A DNA stretch of 64,000 nucleotides from Octopus bimaculoides. Its lineage: Eukaryota. The stretch lies in the NCBI RefSeq assembly GCF_001194135.2, contig NC_068981.1, positions 38,217,679 to 38,281,678 of the forward strand. The letters run 5' to 3'. The notes under the pieces were generated by a model. That model had not been told where the DNA came from. It made no database searches and saw nothing but the letters and a program-made list of their open reading frames with translations. This document shows positions 12,126 to 25,914 of the stretch, one piece after another. Every line of letters starts with the position of its first letter. Within the stretch, counting starts at the first letter, position 1. The position numbers and the translations under genes are program-made.

Positions 12126-12934
12126 AAAGAGAGTGGTGTGGTGGGTCAGTGATATCTTCCTGATGTCAAACTATCTAGAAATGTGATAAAATCCTTATAA
12201 TCTCAATATTGTGTGTGAAACAAATAATCTTTTTCAGTGCAACGTTTCTTTTGTGGTTCAGTACATATATNNNNNNNNNNAAAAGTGAATAGAAATGGTT
12301 TTTTTCATACATTTTCCTCTTTAATAATTAGATGTTTATAAATTATTAGATGTTTACAAGTGGTGACTTTGTTGTGAGTTTCTCGCTTAAAAGCAGTTTA
12401 CAAACTGATATTTGATATTATATATATAATCTTGACTGAAAATATATCTAATTTCTGAAGATTGCATGGTAATTAAAAGTTGTGTAACATCTTAATTGAG
12501 TATTAATGTACTTTGAAATATTTATAATAGGAGATTTAAGAAGGTTAAAGTTACTTTCCTGACTACACACCTGTCACTGCCATCAGTGTCCTTCTAATCC
12601 TCACTAAACTCTCTCTGTGTCTCTGTCTGTCTCTGTCTGTCTCTCTCTTTTCATCTAAGTATCTGCAGCTGCTATAGAAAACACACACCACCAGACTGAC
12701 AACTTACAGTTTACCACCCCCTCTTCCAGTGATCATAGACGATGACGTCTTAAATAGTTATTTTCTCAATTTGGTGGTCAGCAAGTTGGATTCCATGCAG
12801 CCGTGTCTGCTAATGTTGAAAGATAAATATGACCATGGTGAGATTTGAACTCTGAAACCAAAGACAACCAAGCTAAGTATTACAAGGCATTTTGTCCAAC
12901 ACTCTAATGGTTCAGCTAATCTACCACCATAGAT

Positions 12935-13140
12935 TGGTCTCAAATTTTGGCCCAAGGCCAGGAATTTTGGGGTAGGGGGAAAGTTAGTTACTTCAACCCC
13001 TACTGCTCAACTGTTCTTATTTTATTGACTCCAAAAGGATGAAAAGTAAAGTCTATCTTGACAGAACTTGAACTGAGAATGTAAACAGAAATGAAACACC
13101 ACTAAGCATTTTGTCCACTATGAGAACAACTCTGCTACTT
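12935..13140 (-). mobile_element. SINE family A, decayed
   Basis: aattttggcccaaggcc...ggatgaaaagtaaagtc...acttgaactgagaatgtaa...gcattttgtcc. Confidence 0.7.
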
Positions 13141-13522
13141 GAGGCCCTACCCCACCATAGTAATATTAATGATAATTCAGTTACGTACATATGCTCTTGT
13201 TGGGTGCAAATGGGAATAATCACTATGTTAGCACAGGCAGTTTTTCAAATTCAGATATTTACATAAAATTTCAATATAATCTAATGAGAATATAAACCAC
13301 TCACAAAATATTACTTTTGAAGAGTGAATTAGATATAGTTAAATAATAATAATGTCGTTCACATTTGAGGCATAAATTATAATATTAATTTATATTCTAT
13401 GAGATGATAGAATATATATCAATCCATGTAGCAAAATAAGTATTGATCATAATATTTCTAATTCAAGAGGTGAGAGTTTTGTTGGATTCCATGGAATGCA
13501 ACTCTAATGTTACCTATATATA

Positions 13523-13830
13523 TGTGGAGATGCAATGGCCCAGTGGTTAGGGCAGCGGACTCGCAGTCAGAGGATCACAGTTTCAATTCCCAGACCAGGC
13601 GTTGTGTGTGTTTATTGAGTGAAAACACCTAAAGCTCCACAAGGCTCCAGCAGGGGGGGGCGACCCCTGTTGTACTCTTTCACCCCAACTTTCTCTCACT
13701 CTTTCTTCCTGTTTCTTGAGTAACGCTGCAATGGACTGGCATCCCGTTCAACTGAGGGGAACACATACGCCATAGAAACCAGGAAACCAGGCCCATGAGC
13801 CTGGCTAGGCTTGAAAAGGGCGCATAAAAA
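13523..13830 (+). mobile_element. tRNA-derived SINE with V-domain-like 3' module
   Basis: A-box tggcccagtggttagggc, B-box-like gtttcaattccc, then gcaatggactggcatcccgt (resembles the V-SINE core as recalled) and an A-rich tail. Confidence 0.8.
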
Positions 13831-14111
13831 AATTAATATATATACATATTTGACCAAAATTACAGAGTAGGAGTACGCTGGAGTAGGAGAAAGAGCAGTA
13901 TAAGTGAAGGGAGAAGAGAGAAAATAGTAATTTAGTGAAGGAGAAATAGTGAGAGTAATAGCCCTGACTGAAAGAGAGTGAGAGAAAGTAATAGCAATAG
14001 AGAAAGGATGGGATGATAGAAGAATAAGGAAGGAAGGGGTGAAAAAAATCAGTGTTTCAACTCTGTGTGGGTATATGTGTGTATGTAAAAGGGAAGTATG
14101 TGAGTGTTTGT

Positions 14112-14155
<44 letters not shown>

Positions 14156-14334
14156 AATGGAAATGGGATGGTGAACATTCAACACTGAAAAGAAAAATCA
14201 AACAGCATTTCAACTCTGTTTGATTATATGTGTATATGTGTGTGCATGTACAAAGGAAGTATGTGAATATATCTGTGATTATTATGTACCTTATTTTATA
14301 ACTTATCTATATATAAAATACTACNNNNNNNNNN

Positions 14335-14548
14335 CATTTCGAGCGTGGCCGTTTTCGTGCGGGTGACACGTAAAAGCACCCACTACACTCTCTGAGTGGT
14401 TGGCGTTAGGAAGGGCATCCAGCTGTAGAAACTCTGCCAAATCAGACTGGAGCCTGGTGTTGCCATCCGGTTTCACCAGTCCTCAGTCAAATCGTCCAAC
14501 CCATGCTAGCATGGAAAGCGGACGTTAAACGATGATGATGATGATGAT
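14335..14548 (+). mobile_element. Young RTE-type LINE 3' end with (GAT)n tail; 5' side lost in an N-gap
   Basis: The terminal ~139 nt are identical by eye to the reverse complement of the 24149-24287 copy. Confidence 0.9.
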
Positions 14549-16744
14549 ATATATATATTCTTAAAACTTGCACCTTAAATGAGGACAAATTGCTGAGATT
14601 AATTGAAGTTATTAATTTTGAAGTTTTATATGTTAATAATTAGGTATGAAATATGGACAGGAGTGTTCAGACCTGGGAAAAAAATATTGGCTGTGTGTAG
14701 AACACTGTCTAGAAGTTTGAGACTATAGATGTGATACGAATGTAATAAAAAAAAAAAGACAGATGTTTTATGCAAATTTAGATATAGTTAACATACAGAC
14801 AGTAAAATTCATAACACCAAAGATTTTTTGTAATATCAGAAGTAAAAGAGAAAAAGTATGTTTAAAGGACAAAATTAAAGTTATTTAACCCTAGTCAGTA
14901 CTGGTAAAGTAGTCCTATAATCAAAAGCCTTCCAGCCATAACCATCCTCTATTTAGAGGTAACTGGAACTACATTATATAACATATCATTTTGATTTTTT
15001 AAGGTAGTAGTGTTGTTAGTGTTCACAAAAACCAACTACTGGGCCAGTTGGAAGGCTTTTATCTAGGTACGATGGAGTATAAAGAGTGTGAATAATTTAG
15101 ATATGAGATCAGAGTAAATATGATATGTATAGGATTTTAAGGTATTATGATTATATGTATATTATTAGCAATTATTCAAGATTGAAATATATTCTAACAT
15201 TGAAAAGACAATGCAGGCTTAAAGTTGCAGTTTTAAATAGTGAAAAAGAGACGTATATACTCTCTTGAAGTCAATCAACCTATCATTAGTGAATGACATG
15301 CAATTGATTACATTTAGCACGCCTATGTGAGATGAAAGGAATATCAGCTGATTGAATCACACAATAGATTAAAATGAATACCCAGATATAAGTAATCACA
15401 TAATAGCTTAAGATTTTAACAATTCAGAATGAATGTTCAATATATATATTTTTTTTTGCTATAATCACCTTTCCTACTATCTCAAGACATCAGATCAACT
15501 GTTCTGGCATTTCATACACACTACACTTGCCTTTGTGCAATAGTATCTACATAGTGCATAAAGGTTTAATTTTTTTCATCTCAACTAGAATTACTTGACA
15601 TTTTGGCCTCTCCAATTACTGGATACTCTAGCATTAAAGATGTGAAATATTGTTAGATCTTAAACAATTCTTTGATCTTATGGTAATTAACCATGCATTA
15701 TATTACAGTTTGGTCTTTATTGTTAGATATAACATTAGGTATAAAGAATTGTTAGACTGAAATAATGGTTGATTACAGTATGTTTAATCTATAATTACTG
15801 GTGTTGTTCTGCCCTTGGAAGAGAAGTAAAAGGAAAAGCAATATACAAGTTAAGGGAAACTTTGTTATCAAGCAGAAGACAGGAATAAAATTCTTTTTTA
15901 AATAGAAATTATGTAAGTAAGAATAAGGAAGATCGAAGTTAGTTATGCATATCTGGAGCAAGAATGAAAATATAGGCTACTTTTTGAAAGCTTAAATTAT
16001 GAATATACTAATCCAAAACTTATATAAAGAGATTTTCTTTGTCACTGTAAACGAACAGTAAAATCATGTTTCACTTTTAATGAAGATATATCACTGTTCA
16101 CATACATGCATGTAAAATTTTAAAAGGCATATGCATTGACACATGTATTTAAACACATTTACACACATGCACATGCTTCACAATAGCAAGTTTTTTACAT
16201 CTAACTACAGTATATCAATGCAGCAAATTAGGGACATGCCAAATTATCTGAAGTTTATTATTTCATTTAAAAGTAGTTGGATAGACACAAGTATGTAACT
16301 ACTCAACGTGAAAAGTAGAAAATCTCTAGTAATGGCTCTCACAGAAACTGACATCTCATTTTGCAAGTAAACCACACAGACATGTATATAAATGATTGAA
16401 TTCAAACAAACATTAAAATAACCATAAAATTTTTTATACCTTATACTTTGTTTTCTCACTAGAATGGCAGAATCATGATCAAAGAGAAAACATATATATN
16501 NNNNNNNNNNNNNNNNNNNNNNNNNNNNNNNNNNNNNNNNNNNNNNNNNNNNNNNNNNNNNNNNNNNNNNNNNNNNNNNNNNNNNNNNNNNNNNNNNNNN
16601 NNNNNNNNNNNNNNNNNNNNNNNNNNNNNNNNNNNNNNNNNNNNNNNNNNNNNNNNNNNNNNNNNNNNNNNNNNNNNNNNNNNNNNNNNNNNNNNNNNNN
16701 NNNNNNNNNNNNNNNNNNNNNNNNNNNNNNNNNNNNNNNNNNNC

Positions 16745-16975
16745 CATGCTGGAACACTGCCTTTTAGTCGAAGAAGTCAACCCCTGGACTTATTCTTTGT
16801 AAGCCTGGTGCTTATTCTAGCAGTTTCTTTTGCTGAACTGCTAAGCTATGGGGATGCAAACATATTAACGTCAGTTGTCAAACAATGGTGGGGGGGGGGG
16901 GCAAACACAGACACAAACACACCAAATCCATTTATAAAGCTTTAGTCAGCCTGAGGCTATAGTAGAAGACACTCA
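16745..16975 (-). mobile_element. tRNA-derived SINE family C, partial
   Basis: ccatgctggaacactgcc...gctgaactgctaag...gaggctatagtagaagacac matches 22575-22990. Confidence 0.7.
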
Positions 16976-17185
16976 AGTTAGAAAACCTAGTAATGTGGAT
17001 CACTTTACATGTGTATACATACATATACATATATATATATATATATGTAAATCAGACTGAAAACTGGTGCAGCTATCCAGCTTACCAGTTCCAGTCGAAC
17101 CACCCAATCTATGCCAACATAGAAAGTAGACATTAAATAATGACAATGATGATGATGATGATATGTATATATATCATACATACAT

Positions 17186-17220
<35 letters not shown>

Positions 17221-17230
17221 NNNNNNNNNN

Positions 17231-17269
<39 letters not shown>

Positions 17270-19764
17270 ACATATATATATGGGTGGATTTAGATATAAA
17301 TTTACACATATATATTCAATAATATGCATTTAATTGTATTTATAAATACATGAGAATTGAATTTTAAACATACAGTACAAAGAGCATATTTGTCTGGGCA
17401 ATAAGGAAAGATATAATTTCTTTCTAATGTTAAGTTATCTTTTAAGATAGTTAAATTGGCTTCAAGAAACATCATCTGTGATGAAGTAAAATCAAAGAAG
17501 ACATGAAATTATACTTGAAATAGTGACATTGGATGAAGTTAAATTATGATATACAGTATTGAAGTCCTGTCTAACACATGCAGGATAGAAAAATTGATAT
17601 TTGCAATATGATAGTGATATGAATGCCAATAGAGTAAGATGGTGTAGGATAGAAACCTAAATATTTCCCAAGATTTTTTAAAGCATACTGAGCATATAAC
17701 CTAGGCACCAAGATATTTAGAAAATACTTTATCTCCCTTTTTTTCAATAAAATGCATGAATTTTCCCAACACTGAATTATATAATCTATACATATAATGG
17801 ATTGATGTTGCTGCAGTATGCATTCACAGTTGAATTGCCAGAAATCAAAACAAAACAGAGTCTAGTAAACAAAACTTCATTAACTAACATAACTCCATCC
17901 AGCTGTACATTTGCACCTCCACCACAGAGGGAATTATATGTAAAAAAGGGAATCTTTCTGTTTCTTTTTCTCTATGACTACTACAATGTTCTTAGCTTCC
18001 AAATTGCTGTTTAAAGGGAAAAAGTGTTACCTAAACTCAGGTGATATACCTGCTTCTTTTACTTCCATCATCTTATAAATAACACGATGATGATAGTCTC
18101 TTGTGCTCCAAGAAAGATGGTTCTGACATTTCTTGCTATACAATTGGCTCAAATGATTGGTATATAACGATCATATGTATATGCTGTACATTAGCCCACA
18201 CCCTCATTAAATCGATGTTGCCTGGACAGGTACATAACGTATCACGTCAGGTGTTGAAGTGATTGCAGAGAGGTGTGAGATGAAACCTTTTGCTCATGAT
18301 TACAACACCCCACCTGGTTCAAAATTTTAAACCACAATGTCACAATCATGAGTGCCACAGCTTAACTACTATGCCATTTGCCCTCACAAGTCTCTACATT
18401 CATTCTTTCTTCTCTGAAACTGCATTCCTTTTAAACTGCCATCCTTAGTATATTTTGCTTCACACAAAAACTTCAGTAGTTAATTATAAGCAATAAATGT
18501 GATTGAAACTAACTACCCTTCTTTATCTTTATTTGTTGAAGAGGCTAGAAAGGCTTCATATATTTGCATCTTCAACACAGAGGAAATTATAAGCAGAAAA
18601 GGGATAACGGTGTTTCACTGAAACTTAAGCACCCTCCATTATTGAAAATACTTTCCTTTTCTCCAGTTTCATGAAAAAGTATGAAACAAAGAAAAAATAG
18701 AAAATAAGGGCATTTTAAATATAACTGAAAAATACTCTCTTTCTTACTCTGACTTCCCAATCTCTTTTGATTGAAGTTATACTAAAAGATGATGTAGGTT
18801 TAGCAGTACTGGAAGAATCTGCTTGCAGTTTTATGATACAATCGTGCCATCTCTTCTACTTTATGCATAAGGCAGCATATTCAATAAGATATATTACATA
18901 GAAGTGAAAGAGAAAAAGATTTATAATGTAAACAACCAGAAATTAAATTTTAAAAATTATTAAAGCAGAGAAACCATGAATTTGTTATGTCCAGAAAACA
19001 GAAACGAAGTTTCTTTTGTGTATGTGTGCACGTGCATGCATGCATGTGTGTGTGTGTGTGTGTATGTGTGTGTGTGCACATGCATCCACGTATGTGTATG
19101 TGCACATGCATGTGTGTGTGTGCTCTGCAACATAAGTTATTACAACTTTTTGACAAGATATATGATAAAGCAAATTTCATCATTCCGAGTTAAACAAGAA
19201 TATATACAGTAGTATATCATGATATATAGCTCAAATGAGAACACTCTTGTTCTAGCTAGACTTAAGCTGTTTGTAAAGAAGGTATAGTCAAAATAGATTT
19301 CATCTGGAAAGCTAATTTACAAGAAATTAGCTTCATATGAATCAGTTCCCAGTAGAAGGTTTGTTTCAAATTAGTCTGACATTTCAAAAACTGGAATTAA
19401 AAAGTCATCAAGTTTAGAAAATGATTTAAATGATAAACTCATATAGACCAATAAGTCTTACCTTAATTAAACCCACTCCTTATTTAAAATAATCCATTGA
19501 AGTTAATTATTCAGAGATGTCATCCATATAAAAGTAATGGTTAAGTGAGCATTAGCATATTTAATGTAGTTAGTATCAAAAATCTAATTAGAAATAATTA
19601 TGCTGTGAGAGAGGAACATTACTTTAGTTTCTACTAATGTGTACAAACAAGTACAGAATACAATTTCAGACACATTTCTGACTTATTAGAATTTTACAGT
19701 TAAGTTTAGGTTTCACTGTACTAACCAAACTAGCAAGAAGGTGAATACTACAATCATATACAAT

Positions 19765-20147
19765 TGTTGGCACTCTGTCGCTTACGACGTCGAGGGTTCC
19801 AGTTGATCCGATCAACAGAACAGCCTGCTCATGAAATTAATGTGCAAGTGGCTGAGCACTCTGCAGACACGTGTACCCTTAACGTAGTTCTCGGGGATAT
19901 TCAGTGTGACACAGTGTGACAAGGCTGACCCTTTGAATTACAGGCACAACAGAAACAGGAAGTAAGAGTGAGAGAAAGTTGTGGTGGAAGAGTACAGCAG
20001 GGTTCGCCACCATCCCCTGCCAGAGCATCGTGGAGCTTTAGATGTTTTCGCCTAATAAACACTCACAACGCCCGGTCTGGGAATCGAAACCGCAATCCTA
20101 TGACCGCGAGTCCGCTGCCCTAACCACTGGGTCATTGCACCTCCACA
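19765..20147 (-). mobile_element. Full-length tRNA-derived SINE with 15-bp target-site duplication
   Basis: tRNA-like head at 20147-20070. The direct repeat acaatcatatacaat occurs at 19750-19764 and 20145-20159. Confidence 0.92.
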
Positions 20148-21319
20148 ATCATATACAATATTATACAGGTTTCAGAAAAAATAACATAATTAAAAAAAGC
20201 AAAACACTGAATTTAATTATTGACACTTGTGTGCATGAATTATATAGGTTCAGGCATAGTTGCTTAGCTAAGAAGTTTACTTTGCATTCATGAGAGAGAT
20301 CTGAGTAATTAATCCTAATGTTATAAATTTTAAAACTACAAATATTTCATGACAATTTATACACAGTACTGTACATCTAGTAAGTGAGTCTCTCATCGAT
20401 AATTTCAGCAAAGACAGTGAAGTGTATACTCCACATTAAACATATGTCTTTTTCTCGCAACATAAGTATTTGTAATTAGAGTTTTTACATTCAAAAATAC
20501 ATTAAAACTAATTTAGATAATTTTTATCCAAATCCATGCATTTATTGCCTCTACATTTTTTCAATTTTACCAATATAGATTTATTTATGTTACATAAATC
20601 ATTTTGTTGAGGCTAAAATAATTTTCAAGTGAACATCTAAACACCACCTGAAAGCCTCTACATGATTGCTTTGCCCACAAAAATTATCATGTAAAATATG
20701 TCCATCTTATCATACACTGAAGGCAAGTGCTTCATTGCAGCTTTAGCTGTAGTGGATAAGATAAATTAAAGCAAACACTAACAAGGTAGGGTATTTACAG
20801 CTAGATTATGTCTGAATAAAAAACAGGATGTTCATGGCTGGAATGATTTTACTCATAAAACTACCTAATCAGAGCTAGCAATGAATCAAACAACAACTTG
20901 CATTAATTCATCATTCAAGATTGCCGAAAATCTTAATTAAATTAGGTTTTGTTCTGACTAAGACAAAAAAGTAAATCAATTATTTTCAGTTATTATGTTT
21001 ATTTAAACCTCATTGATTACACTAATCAATTACAACTGCTATAGTAATTAATAGCAAGGCTATACAAAATCTGATTATATTGAAATGCTTCCTTTTATAA
21101 TCTAAATAAAAATTAGTTGAGTAGCAGAAATTGTAAATTCAAAACTAAATATCTTACCTTATTTAGTTTTATTCATTTAGTGCTGGAGTTCAAATTTTGC
21201 TAAGTCAAGTTGATGAAATAAGACTTTGACGGGAGTTGGTTAAAAAGAACACCACCATAATCAACCAAGTTAATTCTTTTTTTTTTTTTGTATCAGGCAA
21301 ATGTAAAAGATATCATTAT

Positions 21320-21665
21320 GTTAGGTCATTATGTCAAATGAAATGTCTGATTTTGAACAGAAAGTTTATTTTACTTTATCTCAACAAAAAGCAATGCAGT
21401 TAATCAAAGTATACACCTAAATTATCAACACAATTTTGCCATTTTATCGGTAGCTTATTTATGCCAGCAGCAAAGAATTCTGGAGAGCAAGAGATGATGA
21501 AATCACATAAAGCTGTCTTTGCATCTTCTTCAGAGTTGAAGTTTTTTTCCTTGCAAAATGTTGTCTAATGCCTGGAAAACGTGATAGTCAGTTGATGCAA
21601 GGTCTGGTGAATACGGTGGGTGACAGAGTACTTCCAAGTTCAGTTCCTGTAACTTAAGTAGTGTT
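21320..21665 (-). mobile_element. Mariner (D,D34D) transposase 3' fragment plus right TIR
   Basis: Minus strand encodes LQELNLEVLCHPPYSPDLASTDYHVFQALDNILQGK..EEDAKTA..KLPIKWQNCVDNLGVYFD*. YSPDLAP is the mariner signature. Confidence 0.9.
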
Positions 21666-21789
21666 CAACTTGTATATATATATATGTATATAGTGGTGAT
21701 GCATGATCTTTGAACACTGGACCACACTGAAGCAATGACAAGTGACCGAGACCTTTGGCAATATGCTGTGCTTAAGAAAGGTGGCGAGC

Positions 21790-21990
21790 TACCAGGAACA
21801 TTAGCACGCTGGGTGAAACACTTAGTGGTATTTTGTCTGTCTTTACGTTCTGAGTTCAAATTCTGCTGAGGTTGATTTTGCTTTTCATCCTTTTGGAGTC
21901 GTTAAATTAAGTACCAGTTGCATACTGAGATCGATCTTATCGACTGGCCATCCTCCCCCAAAATTCGGGCCTTGTGCCTGGAATAGAAAA
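21790..21990 (+). mobile_element. SINE family A
   Basis: Matches the other family A copies (ttctgagttcaaattctgctgaggttga...agtaccagttg...ggccttgtgcc). Confidence 0.85.
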
Positions 21991-22004
21991 AAAGAGATTA
22001 TACC

Positions 22005-22200
22005 ATGCTTAAGAAAACCTGTCTAGTCAAGTGGAATCATAGATGTGGCCAATGCCAGTGTTGTGCAATTGGCACCCATTCCAGTGTCACATAAAAAGTA
22101 TCCTTTGTATGTTCGGTGATAGCCATGCTTCAGAAGACTGGTCAAGCCAAGTGAAATCATACCCATGCCAGCTTGGAAAACAGACGTTAAATGATGAAGA
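22005..22200 (+). mobile_element. RTE-type LINE 3' end, internally deleted
   Basis: atgcttaagaaaacctgtc..gtcaag..aacccatgccagc..gacgttaaatgatga. A related coding fragment lies at ~21700-21780. Confidence 0.7.
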
Positions 22201-22209
22201 TGGTATATA

Positions 22210-22500
22210 TCATCATCATCATCATCATCATCACCGTTTAACGTTCACTTTCCATGCTAGCATGGGTTGGACGATTTGACTGAGGACTGGCGAATCAGAT
22301 GGCTGTACTAGGCTCCAATCTGATTGGCAGAGTTTCTACAGCTGGATGCCCTTCCTAACGCTGACAACTCCGAGAGTGTAGTGGGTGCTTTTATGTGGCA
22401 CCGGCATGAGGGCCAGTCAGGCAGTACTAGCAACGGCCACGCTCAAATGGTGTTTTTTACATGCCACCTGCACAGGAGCCAGTCCAGACCTCGCTCGAAT
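22210..22500 (-). mobile_element. RTE-type LINE 3' end, tail-to-tail with the preceding copy
   Basis: (CAT)n-cgtttaacgttcactttccatgctagcatgggttggacg... Confidence 0.85.
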
Positions 22501-22515
22501 GTTTTTTCACGTGCC

Positions 22516-22574
<59 letters not shown>

Positions 22575-22575
<1 letters not shown>

Positions 22576-22779
22576 TCTTTTATTTGGTTCAGTCATTTGA
22601 CTGAGTACTGCCTTAAAGAGTTTTTCTTGTACTGAAAAATTTGACTCTAGCATTTATTCTTTGTAAGCCTAGCACTTAATCATTGATCGCTTTTGCTGAA
22701 CTGCTAATGGGTACATAAACACACCAACATCAGTTGTTAAGTGATGATGGAGGCGATAAACACAGACACATAGACACAT

Positions 22780-22823
<44 letters not shown>

Positions 22824-22990
22824 ACATATATATACAACGAGCTTCTTTCAGTTTCAGTCTACCAATTCCACTCACAAGGTCTTGGTTGGTTTGAGGCTAT
22901 AGTAGAAGACACTTGCCCAAGGTGCCACACAATGAGACTGAACCTGGAACCATGTGGTTGGGAAGCAGCCTTCTTACCACATACCCACAC
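22575..22990 (-). mobile_element. tRNA-derived SINE family C
   Basis: Head at ~22990 (gtggtaagaaggctgcttcccaaccacatggttccaggttcagtc on the minus strand), internal (CA)n and a 3' module. Confidence 0.8.
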
Positions 22991-23469
22991 CAGCATATAT
23001 ATATATATATATANNNNNNNNNNNNNNNNNNNNNNNNNNNNNNNNNNNNNNNNNNNNNNNNNNNNNNNNNNNNNNNNNNNNNNNNNNNNNNNNNNNNNNN
23101 NNNNNNNNNNNNNNNNNNNNNNNNNNNNNNNNNNNNNNNNNNNNNNNNNNNNNNNNNNNNNNNNNNNNNNNNNNNNNNNNNNNNNNNNNNNNNNNNNNNN
23201 NNNNNNNNNNNNNNNNNNNNNNNNNNNNNNNNNNNNNNNNNNNNNNNNNNNNNNNNNNNNNNNNNNNNNNNNNNNNNNNNNNNNNNNNNNNNNNNNNNNN
23301 NNNNNNNNNNNNNNNNNNNNNNNNNNNNNNNNNNNNNNNNNNNNNNNNNNNNNNNNNNNNNNNNNNNNNNNNNNNNNNNNNNNNNNNNNNNNNNNNNNNN
23401 NNNNNNNNNNNNNNNNNNNNNNNNNNNNNNNNNNNNNNNNNNNNNNNNNNNNNNNNNNNNNNNNNNNNN

Positions 23470-23514
<45 letters not shown>

Positions 23515-24129
23515 GTATGTATACAGGTGTGAGAAGGTGTAACTGTGAGTACAATGACTTCTAGATTTCACCTAAAATTCCAAACAGGAAAATTATATTA
23601 ACAAATCAATATGACTAATGACCTGAGGCAATAAACAGAAATCACTGGTGACCTGGTAAAGTAAGATGGTATTTGGTTGAATATTTTCTTATATCTAATG
23701 TTCAAAAAGAATTTAAGGCATTCACTTTAAAGAAGTGTTGGTTTTGGTTTTGGATCAAGGCACTCCCTGTTTCTATACTTTTCTGAAACTATGTTTTCAA
23801 TGCTTTTAAATATTCTCTTATCTATTGTGTACCAGCATGGGTCTCTACAACATTATGACAAAAGTGTTCGGTATTTTATGGTTAAAATGTAAACCTTAGA
23901 GGGATATGGAGAAAATCTGAGACTATTACATTATCAGCTGAATGATAAGGTAAGTAGAACTGTGAGCCATCAAACTATTTTCGTCAATTCTTTGACACAT
24001 CATATCTGAACAAAATGGAGGATTGATAGTTTAAATACCTAAGGAAGAATAATGCTTTTCTTCTGCCTGAGATTATTACATCACTAGTCACTAATCTCAT
24101 ATACTTGTATGTAAGCATAATACTAAGAA

Positions 24130-24640
24130 TCATCATCATCATCATCATCGTTTAACGTCCGCTTTCCATGCTAGCATGGGTTGGACGATTTGACTGAGGA
24201 CTGGTGAAACCGGATGGCAACACCAGGCTCCAGTCTGATTTGGCAGAGTTTCTACAGCTGGATGCCCTTCCTAACGCCAACCACTCAGAGAGTGTAGTGG
24301 GTGCTTTTACGTGTCTCCCGCACGAAAACGGCCACGCTCGAAATGGTGTCTTTTATGTGCCACCCGCACAAGCCAGTCCAGGGGCACTGGCAACGATCTC
24401 GCTCGAAAATCCTACAGGAGCCAGTCAGGCGGTACTGGCAACGGCCACGCTCAAAATGATGCATCTCATGTGCCACCCGCACAAGAACCAGTCCAGGGGC
24501 ACTGGCAACGATCTTACTTGGCTTGCCGGGTCTTCTCACGCACAGCACATTTCCAAAGGTCTCGGTCAGTAGTCATCGCCTCGGTGAGGCCCAATGTACG
24601 AAGGTCTTGCCTCACCACCTCAGCCCAGGTCTTCCTGTGG
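24130..24640 (-). mobile_element. Young RTE-X-like LINE, 5'-truncated: ORF2 C-terminus + 3' UTR + (GAT)n tail
   Basis: Minus strand 24640-24514 encodes RKTWAEVVRQDLRTLGLTEAMTTDRDLWKCAVREKTRQAK*, a typical RTE ORF2 end. CpGs are intact. Confidence 0.9.
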
Positions 24641-24794
24641 GGAATATAATAAAAATACCTTTTATCTGTTTCAGTCAGTATTCTCAACATGATTTTTGTG
24701 AAGATAGATATGTTAATATTTGTGATATAAAAATACATATGTACATAAACACATGCATGTGCACGTGCATGCCCACACACACACACACACACAT

Positions 24795-24844
<50 letters not shown>

Positions 24845-25914
24845 CATTAGGAGATGATTCTTTTAAATAGGTTTCAAATCATAGTACAGTCTACTGCATG
24901 ATTTTTTCTCCCTTGTAGAAATATCTGCAGTAATTAGTTTTGTGAGATTGATGTGCTGCCTATTGCGCTACCAAGAAGATCTCTTCTGGCAAATATTAAT
25001 TCAATGTTAATGAAATGAAAAATTAAATTAGTGAATCACAGGGTTGCTTTTAGAATCAACATTCTTTTCATATCTTGCCATTTTGGTACTTAATAAATCC
25101 AATAATTCTGATTTTATAATTAACTTTTGCAAGCCTTTTAATATGCAATGAGAGTTGATTCCATCAGTTTTATGATATAATTTAGAAATTTTCTTTCCTT
25201 CCTTTTTTTTCGTTTCTTTTCTTACATATGAGAATCTGTTTTTGTAAGAGTTCAAGGTTATAATTAACTTAATCATACTATATTACTAATATATTTTATT
25301 AACCACTGTGGGATTTGAACTCAGTAACATGGATCACTAACAGAGATGAAATAAAGCTTTTAGTGTTACTCTATTTTTCTCATTATAATATATGTAAGAT
25401 ACAATATTGATATTAAGTCTTCAAAAATTTTGTAACTTATCTTTCTTAAGTGATTAATTATCATTTCTTTTCCCATATAATTACCTAATTCTTTTTTAAA
25501 TTGCAGATATATTAGTAATGAAATGATGTTATTATTATAACATCTATATTGAAAGTTTAATGTAATTTTCATTCATTCATAAATAACACAGGTCAACAAT
25601 TTTTTTTTTTTTTTTTTTGTGTTGTCAAAAACTTTCAACCTGAACTACAGGTTTTTTAACCCACAGAATCCAAAAATTACATTAGTTTATTACTATCATG
25701 CCAAGACTTTAAGATACTGTATCCATAGTATTTGATGGTTTTGTCAATAAAACAGCTTATGAAGAAAAGGCATGACATCCAAACAAACGTAGAAGTTACA
25801 TATTTCAATTTAACTTGTAATCAGTTGAAGTATCAAGTTGTCTCTCATGCTTTCCTTGGCCAGATTTCTTGCTAAGACTAGTAATCATTCTTCTCAATAT
25901 TGATGTAATTTAAG

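Noticed and set aside
17802-18014. 70-aa ORF with an exon-like core (VELPEIKTKQ..PPPQRELY)
   Set aside because: The acceptor is weak, with no polypyrimidine tract, and no homology was recognised.
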